From contig JBEKOU010000010.1 in NCBI GenBank assembly GCA_049521435.1, forward strand, positions 4,454 through 68,453: a stretch of DNA of 64,000 nucleotides. Direction: 5' to 3'. This document shows positions 62,385 through 64,000 of this stretch, in pieces. The position numbers were made by a program, and so were the translations under genes. Every line of letters starts with the position of its first letter. Positions within the stretch are counted from its first letter, which is position 1. Source of the DNA: Candidatus Dormibacteria bacterium. GTDB lineage: Bacteria > Chloroflexota > Dormibacteria > Aeolococcales > Aeolococcaceae. The notes below the pieces were generated by a model that searched no databases, was not told the origin of the DNA, and saw nothing but the letters and a program-made list of their open reading frames with translations.

Positions 62385-64000
62385 GTGACCCTGGTCCGCA
62401 TGATGCTGAGGCGCATCCGACCCTACCGGGGGCCGGTGACCATCGTCCTCGCGCTGATCGTCATCCAGACCGTCCTCGGCCTCTACCTCCCCAACCTCAC
62501 CGCGGACATCATCAACAAGGGCATCTCGGTGGGGAATGTCGGGTACATCTGGCACACCGGCGCGTGGATGCTCGCACTCACCCTGCTGAGCGGGGTGGCC
62601 GCCGTCATCGCCACCTACTTCGCCTCGCGCACCTCGATGGGAGTGGGCCGCGACCTGCGCGCCAGCGTCTTCTCGCGGGTCATGCGCTTCTCCGCGCGCG
62701 ACATGAACAGCTTCGGCACCGCCTCGCTCATCACCCGCAACACCAACGACGTCCAGCAGATTCAGATCTTCCTGCAGATGGCCCTCACGCTCATGGTGGC
62801 GGCGCCGATCATGATGGTCGGGGGCGTGATCATGGCGATCCACGAGGACGCCACCCTCTCCCTCCTCCTGGTGGTGGCGGTCCCCGTGATGGCCGCGCTG
62901 GTGCTCACCATGCTGTTCGTCGCCGTACCCCAGTTCAAGTCGATGCAGGTGAAGATCGACCGGATCAACCAGGTGCTGCGCGAACAGATCACCGGCGTCC
63001 GGGTGATCCGCGCCTTCGTCCGAGGGGAGGACGAGGAGCGCCGCTTCGCCACCGCCAACGCCAGTCTCACCGCGACCGGCCTGCGGGTAAACCGGATCTT
63101 CGTGCTGGCCATGCCGGCGCTAATGGGGATCATGAACCTCTCCAGCGTCGCGGTCCTCTGGTTCGGCGGCCACCTGATCAGCAGCGGGCAGATGCCGATC
63201 GGCAACCTCACCGCGTTCCTCGCCTACATCATGCAGATCCTGATGTCGGTGCTGCTCGCCGTGGTGATGGTGATCCTCGTCCCGCGCGCTCAGGCGAGCG
63301 CCGAGCGCATCGCCGCGGTGGAGCGCGTCGAGCCTGCCACCACCAGTCCCGTTCACCCGATCACCCCGTCCGTGTCGAAGGGGGTCGTCGAGTTCCGCAA
63401 CGTGAGCTTCGGCTACCCGGGCGGCGAGGCCCCGGTGCTGCGCGACCTCTCCTTCCAGCTCCAGCCGGGGGAAACCACCGCGATCATCGGCGGCACCGGC
63501 GCCGGCAAGACGACCCTTCTGAATCTCATCCCGCGCTTCTTCGACCCCACGTCGGGCGCGGTGTTGATCGACGGCGTCGACGTCAGGGATCGCGCCCTCG
63601 AGGAGCTGTGGGCCAGCATCGGGCTGGTACCCCAGCAGGCCTATCTCTTCGGTGGCACGGTCGCCGACAACCTGCGCTTCGCCGCCGAGGACGCCAACGA
63701 CGCCGACATCTGGCACGCCCTCCAGGTCGCCCAGGCCCGCGATTTCGTGGCCACCATGGACGGGCAGCTCGAGGCCCCCATCGACCAGGGCGGGACCAAC
63801 GTCTCGGGTGGCCAGCGCCAGCGGCTGGCGATCGCCCGGGCCGTCGTCAAGCGGCCTCTCATCTATCTCTTCGACGATTGCTTCTCGGCCCTGGACGCGA
63901 CCACCGACGCGCGGCTGCGCGCGCAGCTCGCCGCCGAGACACGCAACGCCACGGTCGTGATCGTCGCCCAACGGGTGAGCACCATCCTCAACGCGGATCG
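62385..64000 (+). CDS. ABC exporter, fused permease-ATPase (MdlB/MsbA-like), 3' partial
   Basis: Not in the supplied ORF track; read directly from the sequence. GTG 62385 lies 8 nt after GGAGG. A six-TM-type domain is followed by Walker A GGTGAGKTT, signature VSGGQRQRLAIARA and Walker B LIYLFDDCFSALD. The frame stays open to the window end. Confidence 0.85.
   Translation, partial: MTLVRMMLRRIRPYRGPVTIVLALIVIQTVLGLYLPNLTADIINKGISVGNVGYIWHTGAWMLALTLLSGVAAVIATYFASRTSMGVGRDLRASVFSRVMRFSARDMNSFGTASLITRNTNDVQQIQIFLQMALTLMVAAPIMMVGGVIMAIHEDATLSLLLVVAVPVMAALVLTMLFVAVPQFKSMQVKIDRINQVLREQITGVRVIRAFVRGEDEERRFATANASLTATGLRVNRIFVLAMPALMGIMNLSSVAVLWFGGHLISSGQMPIGNLTAFLAYIMQILMSVLLAVVMVILVPRAQASAERIAAVERVEPATTSPVHPITPSVSKGVVEFRNVSFGYPGGEAPVLRDLSFQLQPGETTAIIGGTGAGKTTLLNLIPRFFDPTSGAVLIDGVDVRDRALEELWASIGLVPQQAYLFGGTVADNLRFAAEDANDADIWHALQVAQARDFVATMDGQLEAPIDQGGTNVSGGQRQRLAIARAVVKRPLIYLFDDCFSALDATTDARLRAQLAAETRNATVVIVAQRVSTILNAD

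Overview
High-GC (roughly 70% by eye) bacterial chromosomal segment. It opens in a short AT-richer stretch just upstream of dnaN, so it is probably origin-proximal. I call about 60 protein genes, one tRNA-Lys(CTT), one frameshifted pseudogene and a handful of hairpins, repeats and promoter/operator candidates. I saw no rRNA, CRISPR array, transposase, integrase or phage structural genes. Content is mostly housekeeping: dnaN, recF, folP/folK, fabI/fabF, purA and dps. Mixed in are envelope and polysaccharide genes (two tandem GDP-mannose dehydratase paralogues, a flippase, a GT28 glycolipid synthase, PAP2 and an acyltransferase), c-di-GMP signalling (two GGDEF-EAL proteins), efflux (two MFS, one ABC) and small regulators. 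Many long ORFs in the supplied track are GC-driven antisense or out-of-frame artefacts, and many true starts lie internal to the track ORFs. Several starts sit on 4-nt ATGA/GTGA stop-start overlaps. I do not see an unambiguous novel multi-gene system. The best leads are: (1) a 0.9 kb integrase-less insert bounded by direct repeats of the tRNA-Lys 3' half; (2) a Upf1-like SF1 helicase with an N-terminal zinc ribbon and a poly-Arg tail, followed by a Cys-less glutaredoxin-PDZ fusion; (3) a two-gene circularly permuted ATP-grasp/transglutaminase module without the usual alpha-E partner, divergent from an orphan DNA methyltransferase; (4) an inverted, translationally coupled DUF4388-lipoprotein-GT28-recF-DUF721 block that converges on dnaN and shares a CTAG stop with it; (5) two genes (purA and a lipoprotein) whose essential N-termini lie upstream of any ATG/GTG/TTG, implying ATC and CTG initiation or sequence errors; (6) an S8 protease with a 15-bp-periodic Trp-pentad C-terminal repeat. 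All functional calls come from motif recognition by eye. No database search was run.
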